DNA from: an uncultured Verrucomicrobiae bacterium
GTDB taxonomy: Bacteria; Verrucomicrobiota; Verrucomicrobiia; Chthoniobacterales; JAFAMB01
Direction: 5' to 3'
Assembly (NCBI GenBank): GCA_963804425.1
Contig: CAWDQF010000007.1
Location: 1,028,457-1,092,456 of the forward strand
DNA: 64,000 nt
Shown here: positions 62,535 to 64,000 of the stretch, piece by piece
Numbering within the stretch: the stretch's first letter is position 1
Layout: every line of letters starts with the position of its first letter
Notes under the pieces: model-generated
Seen by the model: only the letters and a program-made list of their open reading frames with translations
Database searches by the model: none
What the model was told of the DNA's origin: nothing
Program-made: the position numbers and the translations under genes

Positions 62535-63260
62535 CTAGGTTTGTTTTATCGCATGCTGACTTAGGGAGACAACCGCAAGAACCAGAAATACTGACAGGCC
62601 GAAGGGCGCCCACAAGCCGATCTGTGACGTCACCCCGCCAACCACCGCTCCAAGAAGGTATGAACACCAGCAGGAAAGGTGCAGTTGCGGGCCCTCGACC
62701 TTTGTTCCGGCCGGGTGAGAAAACGGCAACGCGTTAACCAAGCGCGTGACTGCAGCGGTGAGTGTCGAGGTGACCACGTTCGTAGAGATTCCGCTGACAG
62801 CCAGGTGCTGTATGGACGCACTCTGCATACCCATGGCCACGGCAGCCAAGGCGATCGCGACCGGAATCGCATTCTGGCCGGAAATAGACGTGGCGACACC
62901 TCCTGCCAGCAAAATCACTGCTGCCAGGCCAAGCGCGCGATTTAGCCTCTGCGACCAGCTGCGTCCGGATCCAAGCGTTTTGACAATCCATGCCGCGAGG
63001 GCGGCGCCGAAGCAAAAGCCGCAGAGGGCGAACAGAGTCATCGTAACGCTGCGGGACTCTAAGCGTACTAATGCCAAGCCAAGAATCACCGTATTGCCGG
63101 ACATGTTGGCGGTGAACACCTGGCTCCTTAGGAAAATCGCGGCATCGATGCAACCGGCGGAACCAGTCAAGAGGATGAGAAACCAGTCCCGGGTAGCTCG
63201 TGGCACGTCGCCCGTAGTCGACTTTGGCGACGCCTTGGTGGTGTCTGCGTCTTCTTTCAT
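62535..63260 (-). CDS. YoaK-family (DUF1275) membrane protein
   Basis: LLTGSAGCIDAAIFL...FTANMSGNTVILGLAL is the DUF1275 signature. 241 aa. Confidence 0.8.
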   Translation of the reverse strand: MKEDADTTKASPKSTTGDVPRATRDWFLILLTGSAGCIDAAIFLRSQVFTANMSGNTVILGLALVRLESRSVTMTLFALCGFCFGAALAAWIVKTLGSGRSWSQRLNRALGLAAVILLAGGVATSISGQNAIPVAIALAAVAMGMQSASIQHLAVSGISTNVVTSTLTAAVTRLVNALPFSHPAGTKVEGPQLHLSCWCSYLLGAVVGGVTSQIGLWAPFGLSVFLVLAVVSLSQHAIKQT

Positions 63261-63376
63261 GAAACCCGGATCGCTTATCAGCTAAACCTACAGATTGAAC
63301 GGAACATCTTGCCGATTTTTGCCTTGCTTGCCCAATGAAAGCTTTTTTGGCATGATCGAAGGTAACCGACTAACTC

Positions 63377-63715
63377 ATGAAAAATCCTTCCTCCGCAAAA
63401 ACGAAAACGCAGATGCCGGCACGGTATCAGCACTTCGAAAAGAGTTACCCAGCTGTTATGCAGGCCGTCCAGGCGCTCGGTGAAGCAACCCAGTCAGCTG
63501 GACCGTTGGACAGCAAAACCCGCGCACTCGTGAAGCTGGCAATCGCCGTCGGCGCGTTGCGCGAGGGGGCGGTGCACAGTCATACGCGTCGTGCGTTGGA
63601 GGTCGGCTGCACGCCCGATGAGCTACGGCACGTCGGAGTACTGGCAATCACGACGATTGGTTTTCCTAGTACCATGGCAGCAATGTCGTGGGTTGAAGAT
63701 ATCCTCCGAATGTAG
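63377..63715 (+). CDS. Carboxymuconolactone decarboxylase (AhpD-like) family protein
   Basis: 112 aa. LDSKTRALVKLAIAVGALREGAVHSHTRRALEVGCTPDELRHV is the CMD-family pattern. Confidence 0.8.
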   Translation: MKNPSSAKTKTQMPARYQHFEKSYPAVMQAVQALGEATQSAGPLDSKTRALVKLAIAVGALREGAVHSHTRRALEVGCTPDELRHVGVLAITTIGFPSTMAAMSWVEDILRM

Positions 63716-63794
63716 CGTTGCTTGCAAATTTCGTAGTCGTTTACTGATATTTTCTTCCGATACGGTTATTAGTTAGTTGACGTGGTAGCCTAAC

Positions 63795-64000
63795 TTATAA
63801 TGTGCCGACGGATTGATGATTCTCCGCCTCGGCTGCCTCGTGTGCCGCTGCCTGGAGGCGAGCCACTCCTACTCTTATGTTTTGCGACGGGGAAACGGTA
63901 ATCACTACAAATTTGGAAGTTGGTGTGTTGCTGCGCTCGGCCACACTGTCGATCGGCACCAGAACATTGGCTTCGGGAAAATAGGTTGCAGCGCAGCCGC
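63795..64000 (-). CDS. C-terminal 67 codons of an unidentified protein; 5' end beyond the window
   Basis: Not in the ORF track (open at the edge). My minus-strand translation reads GCAATYFPEANVLVPIDSVAERSNTPTSKFVVITVSPSQNIRVGVARLQAAAHEAAEAENHQSVGTL, with stop TAA at 63797..63795. The other two frames look non-coding. Confidence 0.4.
   Translation of the reverse strand, partial: GCAATYFPEANVLVPIDSVAERSNTPTSKFVVITVSPSQNIRVGVARLQAAAHEAAEAENHQSVGTL

Overview
This is a dense chromosomal window, coding on both strands, made up mostly of housekeeping and transport genes. I found no rRNA, CRISPR array, transposase, integrase or phage genes. Frequent GTG/TTG starts and weak Shine-Dalgarno usage suggest a soil PVC/Verrucomicrobia-like bacterium, but that is inference only.

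Gene order, left to right:
- cinA (cut by the left edge), a SirB1-like gene, rsfS and nadD on the minus strand.
- nagZ, a zinc-ribbon coiled-coil protein, a membrane-anchored hypothetical and holA on the plus strand.
- uvrB, a FAH-family hydrolase and a large Arg-rich hypothetical on the minus strand.
- acpP, a hypothetical, a LysM/YkuD-like protein and accA on the plus strand.
- panB-folK, dapB-dapA-dapF and a GT-A glycosyltransferase on the minus strand.
- Sulfite reductase hemoprotein, a tiny basic ORF, gpmI, tRNA-Gln(TTG), a UVR-domain protein, a Moco oxidoreductase, an M3 peptidase and a five-gene Opp/Dpp-type ABC importer on the plus strand.
- A sugar-utilisation cluster on the minus strand: Gfo/Idh/MocA dehydrogenase, TIM-barrel isomerase, a solute-binding protein and two permeases, with no ATPase gene.
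- An HD hydrolase, two tandem aldo-keto reductase paralogs, a GH10-like (DUF187-type) protein, a Moco-like domain protein and an orphan parA.
- A SWIM-SNF2 helicase, a secreted hypothetical, an SDR and atoE.
- A decayed tandem duplication of a small-ORF/operator module, followed by GntR regulator, BASS transporter, RND pump and adaptor.
- A frameshifted cupin pseudogene, YoaK, a CMD-family protein, and a partial CDS at the right edge.

The unusual content is non-coding:
- There are several families of short, hairpin-rich dispersed repeats.
- One locus has a 606-bp element with perfect 20-bp terminal inverted repeats inserted into another short repeat; an uninterrupted copy of that repeat sits 1.7 kb away.
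- That element carries a 64-67-bp tandem array with two conserved hairpins. The same unit recurs as an inverted pair around 43.8-44.2 kb.
- A roughly 150-170-bp palindromic element occurs at three loci. One copy mimics a riboswitch leader.
- Short tracts with 7-nt periodicity recur at gene boundaries.

I could not identify a clear novel multi-gene protein system. The best candidates for follow-up are the repeat families, the bS22-like micro-ORF, the Arg-rich 600-aa protein and the duplicated small-ORF/GntR module.
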